Assembly (NCBI GenBank): GCA_002269645.1
Contig: NIVC01001384.1
Coordinates: 7,801 to 71,800, forward strand
Source of the DNA: Macrostomum lignano
Lineage: Eukaryota
Direction: 5' to 3'
DNA: 64,000 bases
Below, one piece after another: positions 36,906-48,900 of this stretch (its first letter is position 1; each line of letters begins with the position of its first letter). The translations under genes and the position numbers were made by a program. The notes under the pieces are model-generated. The model did no database searches. It saw nothing but the letters and a program-made list of their open reading frames with translations, and had not been told where the DNA came from.

Positions 36906-37899
36906 CCCTTTCTTGTATAGTCTAATCTATAATTTACATCTCTTTTGTTGTCTTGTCTCACCTATACTAATTTATCTACTTTGTCTCCTATAAAATATCA
37001 ACTTCTCGTATTATCTATCACCTTTGCTTTTTGCAACCTTTTCTTATTTCCACCCAGTCTCTCGTTCTATAGTCAAAACGATTCGATGGCAAGTGCAGCT
37101 GCGCCCTTCACCCACGCAGCAGCAAGCCAGGGCCGCTGAGCCCCGAGCTCAAACTCCAATTCCCAGTCACGCCACTCGCCAAAGTGTTTGCTCAAATTGT
37201 GTCGCCACTCTGCCCCCCCCCCAACTGACGTTATCTGCCTCTGCAATTGCGCCAGGGGCTGCACCAAAAAACCCCCAATCGAATCTCCACCTAGGGGCTC
37301 GTCTTGTCACCTTATTAACAATTCTGAGCTCCGGTTGAAGCTGCGCTCGCCCGGCGCCACGCAGAAGACGGTTGTAGGGGGGGGGGCATAAATTTCAGCG
37401 TTCGGGCGCCCCAATATGGCGCTGGCAGGTGCTCTTATCAGGCTCGCACTACTAAGAAATTGGCATGTCGCGCTGTTTGTTTCAGGTTGCACAGGCGGCC
37501 ACAGGCGCACTCGGAGAGTCGGTTGCCGCTCCGAGCTCGCACTCCGATTTCCAATTTCCGTGCTTCAGCAGGCTGACGCCAGCAGGGCAGGGGGAGGCGG
37601 TGGGGTAAATTAAACGTGCCGTTTTTGTTGATCTGTGTTGCCAGGGTGAGATAACTAAAATCCTGAGTGGGGGGGATGAAGTTGAAGGCTTCGAGGACCT
37701 GTCATCTGACATGCAGCGAGCTTATTCGCAATGCACCTGTTTACTTGGAGTTCAGACAGATTTATTATAAAACATCAGGTGTTCCTTTAAGCCTGTCTAA
37801 AGTTCTCTTATTAAGAGAGACTTGTTGAGAGACAGCAGAAGTTGAGCCTTCTGAAATTGCATCATTACCTGACCCTCTTATTGGTTAAATTGTGTCATA

Positions 37900-38100
37900 T
37901 TTCTGCTCATGAACTCACTCATGGACTCATGAGCTCACTCATGGACTCATGAACTCACTTATGGGGTCATAAACTCACTCATGGACTCATGAACTCACTT
38001 ATGGGGTCATAAACTCACTCATGGACTCATGAACTCACTCATGGACTTATAAACTCACTCATGAGCTCTCTCATGAACTCACTCTTAATTTCTTTCATAA
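37900..38100. repeat. Degenerate CTCATGAACTCA repeat
   Basis: Reverse complement of the unit at 41050-41540. Confidence 0.75.
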
Positions 38101-38949
38101 ACTCACGGACTCACGCACAATCTCCCAAACGCCTTCGAATTAGCTATGTCTGTTGACATTATGGGTAGCATTGCTCTAGGTCGAGGGAAAGTTGATATTT
38201 GCAAGAAAAGTTCGGCCAAGGCTCGCTAGCTTTCCTACCTGCCTGGGTCATATTTTTCTGATTGTACGAGTACATCAGCGCGCCGAGATGGATCGGACCG
38301 GACAGAATCCCTGACTAGACAGGCGGAGCTCTGGCCTAGCAAACAGACTGCTGGTTGGCCTAATCGACATCCGCGGTCTTTCCTCGGTTCGCCTGTCTGT
38401 CGGCTTTGCTCAATTCGTTATGGATTATGCATACATGCCGGTTTCAGTTAGGAGTCTTGGAATCCACCCGAGCTGGGGATGTCTAAGCAGTACTTGGACG
38501 GAGGCTTAATTACTGCTGGGATGCCAGCTACTTGGGAAAGAAATTATTTTATATAAGGGTACAGAGAGCTAAGTAAAGAGAAAGGAAGGCTAGGGAGGTG
38601 AAGGGTACAAAGGAAGTTAAGGGTAGAAAGGCAGTTAAAAGGGTAAAAAAGCAGTTAAAAGGGTAGAAAAGCAGTTAAAAGGGTAGAAAGGCAGTTAAAA
38701 GGGTAGAAAAAGTTGAGGGTAGAAAAGAAACGGAGGGTAGAAAGTTCCTGTCCTGAATCAGAGTGCAGATGCATGCTTCTATTCCAATCCTACTCACTTC
38801 ACAGGACTTCACAGGGAGCTTTTGCCGCAGCAAATGCGAGGCAGACAGGCAGTTTCCATCCATTAGCGACCTCTAGCATAAATCATTTCTCAGGGAAATT
38901 CTGCTTCTGGTAGAGAATGTTAATCAGCTTCGAGAACGTGCCGAAAAGA

Positions 38950-39315
38950 AGCAGGAAAAGAAAAAGTTTTGACAACTCCCTAGGGGACCGGGATCTCATC
39001 TGCACCATGAGACTTGTGCTCTAAAAAAATTGAAAAACTGTTAGATAAATTCAGCTTCAGATCATGTTTTGTACTCAGTAGGTGTCTCAGTATGTCTGCA
39101 GCTTGAAGTCTCATGTCCCTCGACCACTTACTGCAGGTGTTGTTTACAAGTTTCAGTGCCCTGAGGATCAGAAAATCTCTTGCATAGGGAAAACGAAGCG
39201 ACAACTGTACACTAGGATCAAGGAGTATTGGACTAAAAGATCAGCCTTCCAAGAACACCTGCTCACGTGTGACTCATGTTGTAGCAGCAAACCTCTCGAC
39301 TTGTTTAAGATCAGT
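38950..39315 (+). mobile_element. Degenerate Penelope-like element fragment (GIY-YIG endonuclease)
   Basis: LKSHVPRPLTAGVVYKFQCP...SCIGKTKRQLYTRIKEY...SAFQEHLLTC matches the PLE GIY-YIG pattern (VVYkf.C...YIG.T.R.L..R..EH). Catalytic motifs are altered and the fragment is cut off by a minisatellite. Confidence 0.8.
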
Positions 39316-40440
39316 AGCTAGATTTCCAGTTAGATTTGCTGTAGCTAGATTTCCTGTAGCTAGATTTCCTGTAGCTAGATTTCCTGTAGATAGATTTCCT
39401 GTACCTAGATTTCCTGCAGCTAGATTTCCTGTACCTAGATTTCCTGTAGCTAGATTTCCTGTAGCTAGATTTCCTGTAGCTAGATTTCCTGTAGCTAGAT
39501 TTCCTGTAGCTAGATCTCCTGTAGCTAGATTTCCTGTAGCTAATTTCCTGTAGCTAGATTTCCTGCAGCTAGATTTCCTGTACCTAGATTTCCTGTAGCT
39601 AGATTTCCTGTAGCTAATTTCCAGTAGTTAGATTTCCAGTTAGATTTCCTTTAGCTAGATTTTCAGTAGTTAAATTTCCAGTTAGATTTCCTGTAGCTAG
39701 ATTTCCTGTAGCTAGATTTCCTGTAGCTAGATTTCCTGTAGCTAGATCTCCTGTAGCTAGATTTCCTGTAGCTAGATTTCCTGTAGCTAGATTTCCTGTA
39801 GCTAGATTTCCTGTAGCTAGATTTCCTGTAGCTAGATTTCCTGTAGCTAGATCTCCTGTAGCTAGATCTCCTGTAGCTAGATTTCCTGTAGCTAGATTTC
39901 CTGTAGCTAGATTTCCAGTAGCTAGATTTCCAGTAGTTAGATTTCCAGTAGTTAAATTTCCAGTTAGATTTCCTGTAGCTAGATTTCCTGTAGCTAGATT
40001 TCCTGTAGCTAGATTTCCTTTAGCTAGATTTTCAGTAGTTAAATTTCCAGTTAGATTTCCTGTAGCTAGATTTCCTGTAGCTAGATTTCCTGTAGCTAGA
40101 TTTCCTGTAGCTAGATTTCCTGTAGCTAGATTTCCTGTAGCTAGATTTCCTGTAGCTAGATCTCCTGTAGCTAGATTTCCTGTAGCTAGATTTCCTGTAG
40201 CTAGATTTCCTGTAGCTAGATTTCCTGTAGCTAGATTTCCTGTAGCTAGATTTCCTGTAGCTAGATCTCCTGTAGCTAGATTTCCTGTAGCTAGATTTCC
40301 TGTAGCTAGATTTCCTGTAGCTAGATTTCCAGTAGCTAGATTTCCAGTAGTTAGATTTCCAGTTAGATTTGCTGTAGCTAGATTTCCTGTAGCTAGATCT
40401 CCTGTAGCCAGATTTCTAGATTTCCTGTAGCTAGATTTCC
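39315..40440. repeat. 15-bp minisatellite (CTAGATTTCCTGTAG)
   Basis: About 1.1 kb of tandem copies. Confidence 0.95.
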
Positions 40441-40652
40441 AGCGCCCCATCTCCTGGGTAAAAAGCAATTCATTCAATCCAATGCACCAAGGCAGATCGA
40501 ACTCCTCCAACAGGAAGCAGTTCCGCCATTGGCTGGCTGCATTCCCACTCCGTCCAGAGCCGCAAAACTGCGGTAGATAAGCTGCCGCTCTGTGGCAGAA
40601 AGAGCTTCGCTCCCAAACGACTTCCTCCACAGCTGATCTGCCGGCTACCGAA

Positions 40653-43651
40653 ATGTTTCTCTTCATCCGCGACAACCATTGCCGTTTCGACGAGTTCAAC
40701 TTGACTCGCCTGCTGCACGACGACGACTACCAGGACCTGGAGCGTCGGATGCTGGCCTGCATCTGCCCCATTAGCTTGCTGGCTCTGTGCGCCAACGCTC
40801 TGAGCCTGTTTGTGTTCCTGCGGCAGCGCTGGGACAACCGGGCCATCCGCCTCGTGCTGGTCAGCGTCTCCGTCTGGGAGGTGATGCTCCAGTCTGCCAT
40901 CCTGCTGGAGGCCGTGCTGGTGTTCAGCGGAGTCAAGCACAGCCATAGTCCAGCCAGCTATGCGATCACCTCGCTGCTGCAGGTGCGTCTTGAGCACTGT
41001 GTACTCAACTAACTAATCATTAGCTGGGAGTGAGTTTGTGCACTACTTGAGTTCATGATTGGGTTTATTAGTGAGTTCATGAGTGAGTTCATGATTGAGT
41101 TCATGAGTGGGTTCATGAGTGAGTTCATGATTGAGTTTATGAGTGAGTTCATGAGTGAGTTCAAAAGTAAGTTCATAAGTGAGTTCATGAGTGAGTTCAT
41201 GATTGAGTTCATGAGTGAGTTCATGATTGAGTTCATGAGTGAGTTCATGATTGAGTTCATGAGTGAGTTCATGATCGAGTTCATGAGTGAGTCCATGGGT
41301 GATTTCATGAGCGAGTTCATGATTGAGTTCATGAGTGAGTTCATGGGTGAGTTCAAAAGTAAGTTCATAAGTGAGTTCATGAGTGAGTTCATGATTGAGT
41401 TCATGAGTGAGTCCATGGGTGAGTTCATGAGTGAGTTCATGAGTGAGTTCATGAGTGAGTTCATGAGTGAGTTCATGAGTGAGTTCATGATTGAGTTCAT
41501 AACTAAGTTCATGAGGGAGTTCATGAGTGAGTTCATAGCTGAGTACATCAGCTCGCTCTCATCGCCGCTGCCCCGCCCGCAGGTGTGCATCAACGCAGCC
41601 ACGGCGGTCCGCAACTGGAACATGGTGTGCTGAGCCTGTCCCGCTGCGAGCTGGTCTGGTACCCGATCCCGTCCCGCGGCCAGCAGCTCATCTTCACCAT
41701 GCGCCGGCTCAAGCTGCTTCTGGGCCTCATCGTGGCAGCCGGCCTCGTCCTCGGCTGCCTTGCCCGCCTCGAATACATCGGCGTGGTCTGCGAGAACATC
41801 AGCGACCCAGAGATGGGCTCCGTGGTGATGCGCCCTCTGCTCAGCGGAGTTCAGCTGCACCAGCCGCCGCCTCCGTCGCCGTCCGCGCCGCCCGCGGTCC
41901 TGAGCGGCGATTCCAACCTGTCTGGCGGCAATTTCAGCCAGCAGTCTCTGCTGCTAGAAGCGGCAACAGCTGAGCCGATCGGCGCCCCCGGCCTGCCGTC
42001 CATCGCCTTTTACACCTTCCAGTCGCTGCTGCCGCCGCTAATCATCCCCTTCCCCACCGTGCTGATGCTGCTGAAGCTTCGGCGAGCCCGGCAGGTGACC
42101 AGAATCCTGCAACTGTCGAGGAGCTCCAATTTTCAACTGCCCGGCTCGAGGGCCGACCTGCGGCTGCTGATGCGGAGAGGGACTTCCGAGCAGCAGCCCC
42201 AGCAGCCAGCCAGGTAAGAGATTGCCCTGCTGACTTTCACGGTTTCTGAGTTACCGCAGACTCAAATCCCAGAAGACTCAAATTCCAGTAGACTCAAATC
42301 CCAGTAGACTCGAATCCCAGTAGACTCAAATCCCAGTAGACTCAGATCCCAGTAGACTCAAATTCCAGTAGACTCAAATTCCAGTAGACTCAAATTCCAG
42401 TAGACTCAAAATCCCAGTAGACTCAAATCCCAGTAGACTCAAATCCCAGTAGACTCGAATCCCAGTAGACTTGAATCCCAGTAGACTCAAATCTCATGCA
42501 GTAGACTCAAATCCCAGAAGACACAAATCCCAGTAGACGCAATTCCAAGTAGATTGAAATCCCATGCAGTAGACTCAATTCCCAGTAGACTCAAATCCCA
42601 GTAGACTCAATTCCCAGTAGATTCAAATTCCATGCAGTAGACTCAAATCCCAGTAGACTCAAATCTCATGCAGTAGACTCAAATCCCAGTAGACTCAAAT
42701 CTCATGCAGTAGACTCAAATCCCAGTAGACTCAAATCCCAGTAGACTCAAATCTCATGCAGTAGACTCAAATCCCAGTAGACTCAAATCCCTTAGATCCC
42801 GACTCGAAAAGGATTCGATTCCATGAAATATCTCATGAGCTCGCATCCTCAACTGGCAGATCTCACTCGCTGCGCAGTCAGCAGCAGCAGCCCACCGAGA
42901 GGCTCTCGTCGTCGCAGTCGAGCTCGTACGCGGCGCAGCAATATCGAACCTCCGTGTTGGTGCTGGCCCTGGTGTTAATATTCTGCCTGCTCGAGTCGCC
43001 AACCTTTCTGAGCACGCTGTCTCACTACCTGCTGCCCAAGCTTGACCTGCTGGGCCACAATACCATCTTCATTGTCAACATCCTGACCGTGATGGACTCG
43101 CTGCTCAACTTCTTTGTTTACGCCGCCGCGAGCTCAACATTCCGTCAGGTTTGTTAGCTGCCGACGTTCCAGATCCCAAAGTCCCGAATCCCTAAGTCCC
43201 AAATCCCAAAGTCCCGAATCCCAAAGTCCCAAATCCCAAAGTCCCGAATCCCTAAGTCCCAAATCCCAAAGTTCTTAGACCCTAGCCGCTAGGCCAGACC
43301 CTATTTAAACCTCCAACCCCGGTGCCTCCTCCCAAGGAGACCAAGAAGGCTCTGCTGTGCCGGCCGTCCCCGCCGCCGGCGCACTTCATCCTGCGTACGC
43401 CGAAGAACTCAACCGTAACGCCGCCCAACATGGCCGGCCTGCAGTTGAACAGCTGCTCCGCCGCGAACGCCGCCGCCGCCGCCGCGGCTGCCACCAACGT
43501 CCGCCGACGCTCGCTGTTGCACCCGCCGCCGCCATCGCCGTCCATCTCGGCTGCCTCATCGTCGGCGCATTCGATGCAGCAACAGCAGCCGCAGCAGCAG
43601 CAGCAGCCGCAGACTAGCGTCAGCTGGAATGCCTGCATAGTAATCGTGTAG
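40653..43651 (+). CDS. Rhodopsin-family (class A) orphan GPCR, peptide/FMRFamide-receptor-like, with a 1-nt frameshift in exon 2
   Basis: Exons 40653-40982, 41583-42213, 42860(or 42878)-43148, 43337-43651, phase-consistent. Seven hydrophobic segments: TM1 ..ALCANALSLFVF, TM3 ..AVRNWNMV[x]LSLSRC, TM5 ..FQSLLPPLIIP, TM6 ..LIFCLLESP, TM7 ..MDSLLNFFVY, then helix 8 FRQETKKALLC. One base is missing near 41625-41630. Confidence 0.82.
41050..41540. repeat. 12-bp intronic minisatellite (GAGTTCATGAGT/GATT)
   Basis: Fills GPCR intron 1. Confidence 0.92.
42265..42800. repeat. 16-bp intronic minisatellite (TCAAATCCCAGTAGAC)
   Basis: Fills GPCR intron 2. Confidence 0.92.
43165..43275. repeat. 15-bp intronic repeat (ATCCCAAAGTCCCGA)
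   Basis: Fills GPCR intron 3. Confidence 0.85.
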
Positions 43652-44149
43652 AACTCGCCCAGCAACTGTTGCAGATGAGGCTCCGTGTGAAACATTAAAA
43701 AAGTGTAAATAAAACCTGCTAAGACTCGGTTAAAAATGAATATGAAAGCTCTGATTGTTGTCTCTGGTTTGTTTGTGCATGCCGCTTTAAATTAACCAGC
43801 TGTTGTCGTGTGCTCCCATTCGCTGTTTTTTTGAAGCTTTTCGATTTAAGAATTTATTAGATCAGTGTATAAAAATATGTTTTAGCAAGGATTTTTTGTT
43901 GGATTATTTTATTAAGTAAATATGCACTACTTATTACTGTTACGTTCGTACTATCAGTAGTTGCCTCAGAGAATTGCACCTTGTAAAAAATTTCTAACTA
44001 GTCAGCAAGCGGCTTTTACTATGCAAAATTAAAATATATTTTATTTTGAAATTAGTGACTGATTATGAGCTGTATCCACCTTCCGGACAATAAATTTGTA
44101 ATAGCATTTGTCACTGTTTTTTGTAAGTGACCCGAGTTTCTTGGTAAGC

Positions 44150-45000
44150 CATGCGCATTCACCGAAGATTCACGCAAGCCCATTCACACATGCCCATGAT
44201 TCTTGGAAATTCATTCACATTCACCAGTTTCCGAGAAACGAATTCACATTTGCTCATGATTCCAGGAAACGCATTCACATTCACCCAATATTCTAGGAAA
44301 CCCATTCACATTCGCCCAGAGTACTAGGAAACCCATTCACGTTCGCCCACGATTCTAGGGAACATATGCATTCCCATTCAACTCAAGATTCTAGGAAACC
44401 CATTAACATTCACTCAAGATTCTAGGAAACCCATTCACATTCACTCAAGATTCTAGAAAACCCATTCACATTCACTTAAGATTCTAGAAAACCCATTCAC
44501 ATTCACTCAAGATTCTAGGAAACCCAATCACATTCACTCAAGATTCTAGGAAACCCATTCACATTCACTCAAGATTCTAGGAAACCCAATCACATTCACT
44601 CAAGATTCTAGGAAGCTCATGCACATTCACTCAAGATTCTAGGAAGTCCATGCATTCACATTTACCCAATATTCTAGGAAACCCATTCACATTCACTCAA
44701 GATTCTAGAAAACCCATTCACATTCACTCAATATTCTAGGAAACCCATTCACATTCACTCAAGATTCTAGGAAACCCATTCACACTCACTCAAGATTCTA
44801 GGAAACCCATTCACATTCTCTCAAGATTCTAGGAAGCTCATGCACATTCACTCAAGATTCTAGGAAGTCCATGCATTCACATTTACCCAATATTCTAGGA
44901 AACCCATTCACATTCACTCAAGATTCTAGGAAGCCCATTCAAATTCACCCAATATTCTAGGAAACCCATTCAGTTTCGCCCACGATTCTAGGAAACCTAC
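44150..45000. repeat. ~31-bp minisatellite (CTAGGAAACCCATTCACATTCACTCAAGATT)
   Basis: Tandem copies. Confidence 0.9.
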
Positions 45001-45911
45001 GTTAGTCAAGAGCTCTGGCCATGCTATCTTTAATCTCCGGCTGGGTCTCATGCCATCACATTTTCATCTGTGATGTCTTTCCCCATGCTAGGCAGCTGTG
45101 CTCAATCTAGAGCTGCTTACACCAGCATTGAGCTGGCTCACTCTTGCGGAATGAAAAGTGAAGCAAAGCGACACAATAGCAGAACATTTCCCAGGCTATA
45201 ATAAGTCAGCTCAGAACAGAACTTTTTAGGAGAGGACGAAAGTTCAAGTGCCCGACTGCAGTGTCAGCAGCAGCACCAGCGGCTGTTTCCCTTCCTCTCT
45301 CCTGTTGTTCTCAGCTCTGAGCCACCGCTACCGCCATATCAGCCAGTGCTTCCCCATTCACCCCTGGGCTATGTACACTGCGCCGGGCTGCTCAAACATT
45401 CAAACACTGTGCATGAGCACGCTTCCCCAGAGCCATAAGCTGAGAGCCAAGTGTGTGTTTGTAGAATAGAAAAGCAGTTTTTATATTCATACGCTCGTAA
45501 ATTGAGCTATGAGAATGATTGTCCTACGTGGATCGATTATGAATGCATGGCCGATGTCGCAACCCAAAGCCAGTTAGAATCGCATAGGGAAACTGTCAAC
45601 AAATCAAAAGCATGCTCATCATTTTACAAGCTATAGTCGGTGCATAAATTAGGATTTCAGACGGGCACAGATTAGTTCCCAATTCAAGAATCCATAAGTC
45701 CCTGGTAGAGTTTTGGGCTGAAGAAGACAGTGGGCGCACGTGCGAGTGCAGTGGATTGGCTGTTCTAAAAATAGCTCTTCAAGACGGGTTGGCCCCTGCC
45801 CAGAAAAGCGGCTTGCAGAGAGCTGAGCTGCTGGAAAGGCGTGACGGGCAGACAGACTGACAGACTTAGAGCTGACGATTTGCGATTTGCGCTGACAGAT
45901 TCAAAGCCGAC

Positions 45912-48900
45912 ATGCTGGGCCAGCAGCGAAGGCAGCAGCGGTCGGGAGCGATCTCGCTGCCCGCCGCCAGTTCGCAGACTCGCTTTCAACGCTTCATCCG
46001 GCGATTCTACGCTGCTCCGGGCAGCTTGATTGGGCAGGTGCGACGCAAATCCATGGCGGTGCTCAGCCCGCAGACTGCCGCGGCTGCAGCGGCTGCCGCC
46101 GCTGCTACAACGACTTCGGCCACATCGCCGAATTCAACAGCGGCTGGAGCTGGTGACACCTGCGGCAGCCAGGCGGATCTGGCCAGCATGATGCTGATGA
46201 AGCGGCCGCAGCCGGCCAGCCTGCAGTCTCTGCTGAGGAAAACTCGATTTACCAGCGTCGAGCTCAAAGTCATTTATCGACGCTTCAAGACAGAGTGTCC
46301 TTACGGTAGGGCTGGGGCGGAGCTTTTACCTGGATCTGCTCTATTTTGTTTTGCTTGAGCAATGTCACCCCAAAGAGATTGACGTGGCGGCTTATCAAAG
46401 AGATTTGGGTGGCGGTTCATCAAAGAGATTGGGGTGGCGGCTCATCAAAGAGATTGGGGTGGCGGCAGCTTATCAAAGAGTGGGTTGGTGGCTCATCAAA
46501 GAGATTGGAGAGGTGGCTTATCAAAAGAGATTAGGGTGGCGGTTCATCAAAGAGATTAGCGTGGCGGCTTATCAAAGAGATTTGGGTGGCGGTTCATCAA
46601 AGAGATTGGCATGGCGGCTCATCAAAGAGATTGGAGTGGCGGCAGCTTATCAAAGAGTGGGTTGGCGGATCATCAAAGAGATTGGGGTGGCGGCGGCTCA
46701 TAAAAGGCCCTGTGCAACAATGGCAGCTAATGAGGAAATCAGTATTGAAATTTTTTGGCAGTAAAGTCAAGGCCTTGTAGTTGACGGCAATTGGCAAGCT
46801 ATAAGTAGTTAATCAAGCAAAAAAGGCTTTGAATTGAAGATCTATTATCGGGTCATTTTGTCATAAAAAGTGGCATAAATTGCAGCGCAAAGATAGAACA
46901 CTTAACTTAATCAGCGAATATCACTGGAGAACCGGAGTTTAATATTAATAGTGCAAATCGTCAGTGTAATAAAGCTGGCAGTAAAAGTCTGCTGGCTTTT
47001 GGCTATGAATTATGCATGTATTGCCGCATTTTTATGCCTCTTGCCTCGCCAGCCGTGGCTCTAGTGGCATAGAATGGCCCTTGCCAGGGAGCTAGTGAAA
47101 ATCTCCAATGCCATGCACCAGGAGACTCACAAAGCATTGAGCTGATCAAGAGAATGAAACAGATAATGGAAAACAAAAAATGGTAATGAATGCGTTAGAA
47201 TTAACTTGCATGGTGAGACAGAAGTCTTCCTACCTCAGGCCTGCACTGCAGCAGCACTATATTGACATTCTTGCATTATTGAAGGCAGTCATTCTCTCCC
47301 CTAACCAGTGTTCCACTCTGTCTAACCATGTACAGTTGCTCCACACCAGTAGCGCAACCAGAAAATTTTTTAGGGGGGGGGGGATTCTGGAGAGTAAAGA
47401 CCCAAGGGGGCGGAGGGGGTGGCTCTGTATTTTGGCAAAAATTCGCTTGGTCCCCCCTTTGATTTTTTCAGGTCTCCGCCTAAGGGGGGGAGTCAGTGCT
47501 CCACACACCCCTTGCTTTTTCTTGCTTTCCACTAAAATGTACATTTCCTGCACGCCAATTAAGTTCCCCCCTCTCTCTCTCTCCACTGAATGTACATTTC
47601 CTGCACGCCAATTAAGTTCCCCCCCTCTCTCTCTCCACTGAATGTACATTTCCTGCACGCCAATTAAGTTCCCCCCTCTCTCTCTCTCTCCACTGAATGT
47701 ACATTTACTGCACGCCAATCAAGTTCCCCCCTCTCTCTCTCTCCACTGAATGTACATTTCCTGCACGCCAATTAAGTTCCCCCCCTCTCTCTCTCCACTG
47801 AATGTACATTTACTGCACGCCAATCAAGTTCCCCCTCTCTCTCTTCACAGGATGTACATTTACTGCAGCACGCCAAACAAGTACCTCGCTCTCCCACTGC
47901 ATACCAGCATACATACCCTTCCTTATGCCTAATGAATCAAAACTTACTCCATGCCGCTTTGCTTCCTTATCGACTCAAGTTCTCGAAATTCCCAGCCAGT
48001 CTGTTGCCCTTCACAAGTGCACTGAAGTAGCTGCTTAGTCTATAGCCCAATCAAGCCAAATCAATCTTCTGAAGCATTATCAATGCTATTGACGCAGAAG
48101 TCTTTGCATAGTTGGCGAGATTTTCTTAAGAAAACTGCAGCTCTCTCAGCATTAGCAGCACTCAGACAATCGATGACGCTGAGAAGCTACTTTAGCTACT
48201 GCTGTCAAGATCTCTACAACATAGGATAGGAGAAAGCCGTCAATCGATTGAGGGTCTCACATGGAGCAGAATTGCTCAAGAGTCCAGTCTACGTATCGAT
48301 GAATGGTTGCTGGATTAGTAAAAGGGGCCCAGCAACTCACTAAAACCCAGCTTTTAAACCTGCTGCTTGCTGCTCCGCAGAAATAAGCACTATTCCTTAG
48401 CCGTCTTAAGTCTTTCTTGACTATCCACGCAGTCAGAGCTCTGAGCGAAAGCGCCCTCTCTGCCCTCCGGCTCAACGAAAAAGAAGAGAGTTGCCATCGC
48501 CCCAGCCCACTTGTTCAGGGCTTTTCTCTCAATTAACATTCCCAGGGCACTTCATTGCCTGCTGAGACCTTCAGAACTGCGCTTCCGGGATTCTTAGGCC
48601 AGGCGTGGTGTAGCGTTGTGCATACCTGACCCAGCGGGGCCACTTCTGTATTATTCATGTCCTGGGCTTGGGATCCGAAAGGCCCCCTCAACTATTGCAC
48701 CGAATTGCTATCTCGGTGGCTTGCCCAGCTGGAGAGATACCTGCCGGTGCTTTTGGCTCTTTACCTTCAGTAGAATGCTGACATTGGGCAGTGAAGCAGT
48801 ACAAGCTAACATTCCGCAAATCCACTGGCTTTGCAGTAACCTGCTGCGTTTTGTACTTTAATAATGAGCCTAATGCATGGAATGCTTCAGCCTTGAACAT

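Noticed and set aside
34294-36993. 899-, 864- and 664-aa ORFs and the antisense RQQKRRRVKV/ETESKGETT ORFs
   Set aside because: All arise from a 30-bp minisatellite that lacks stops; open in several frames, with no unique domain.
39614-40699. 361-aa GNLAT-repeat ORF resembling a pentapeptide or ice-binding repeat protein
   Set aside because: Translation of the 15-bp minisatellite; its N-terminal part is antisense to the GPCR 5' region.
41631-41633. TGA in GPCR exon 2 as selenocysteine or readthrough
   Set aside because: Continuing the protein needs a frame change, not stop suppression.
41009-41860. MNSL/EFMS repeat ORFs
   Set aside because: 12-bp array in GPCR intron 1.
47345-47535. hAT-like MITE (CAGTAGCGCAACC.. 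with G/C runs)
   Set aside because: No matching right TIR or TSD could be identified.
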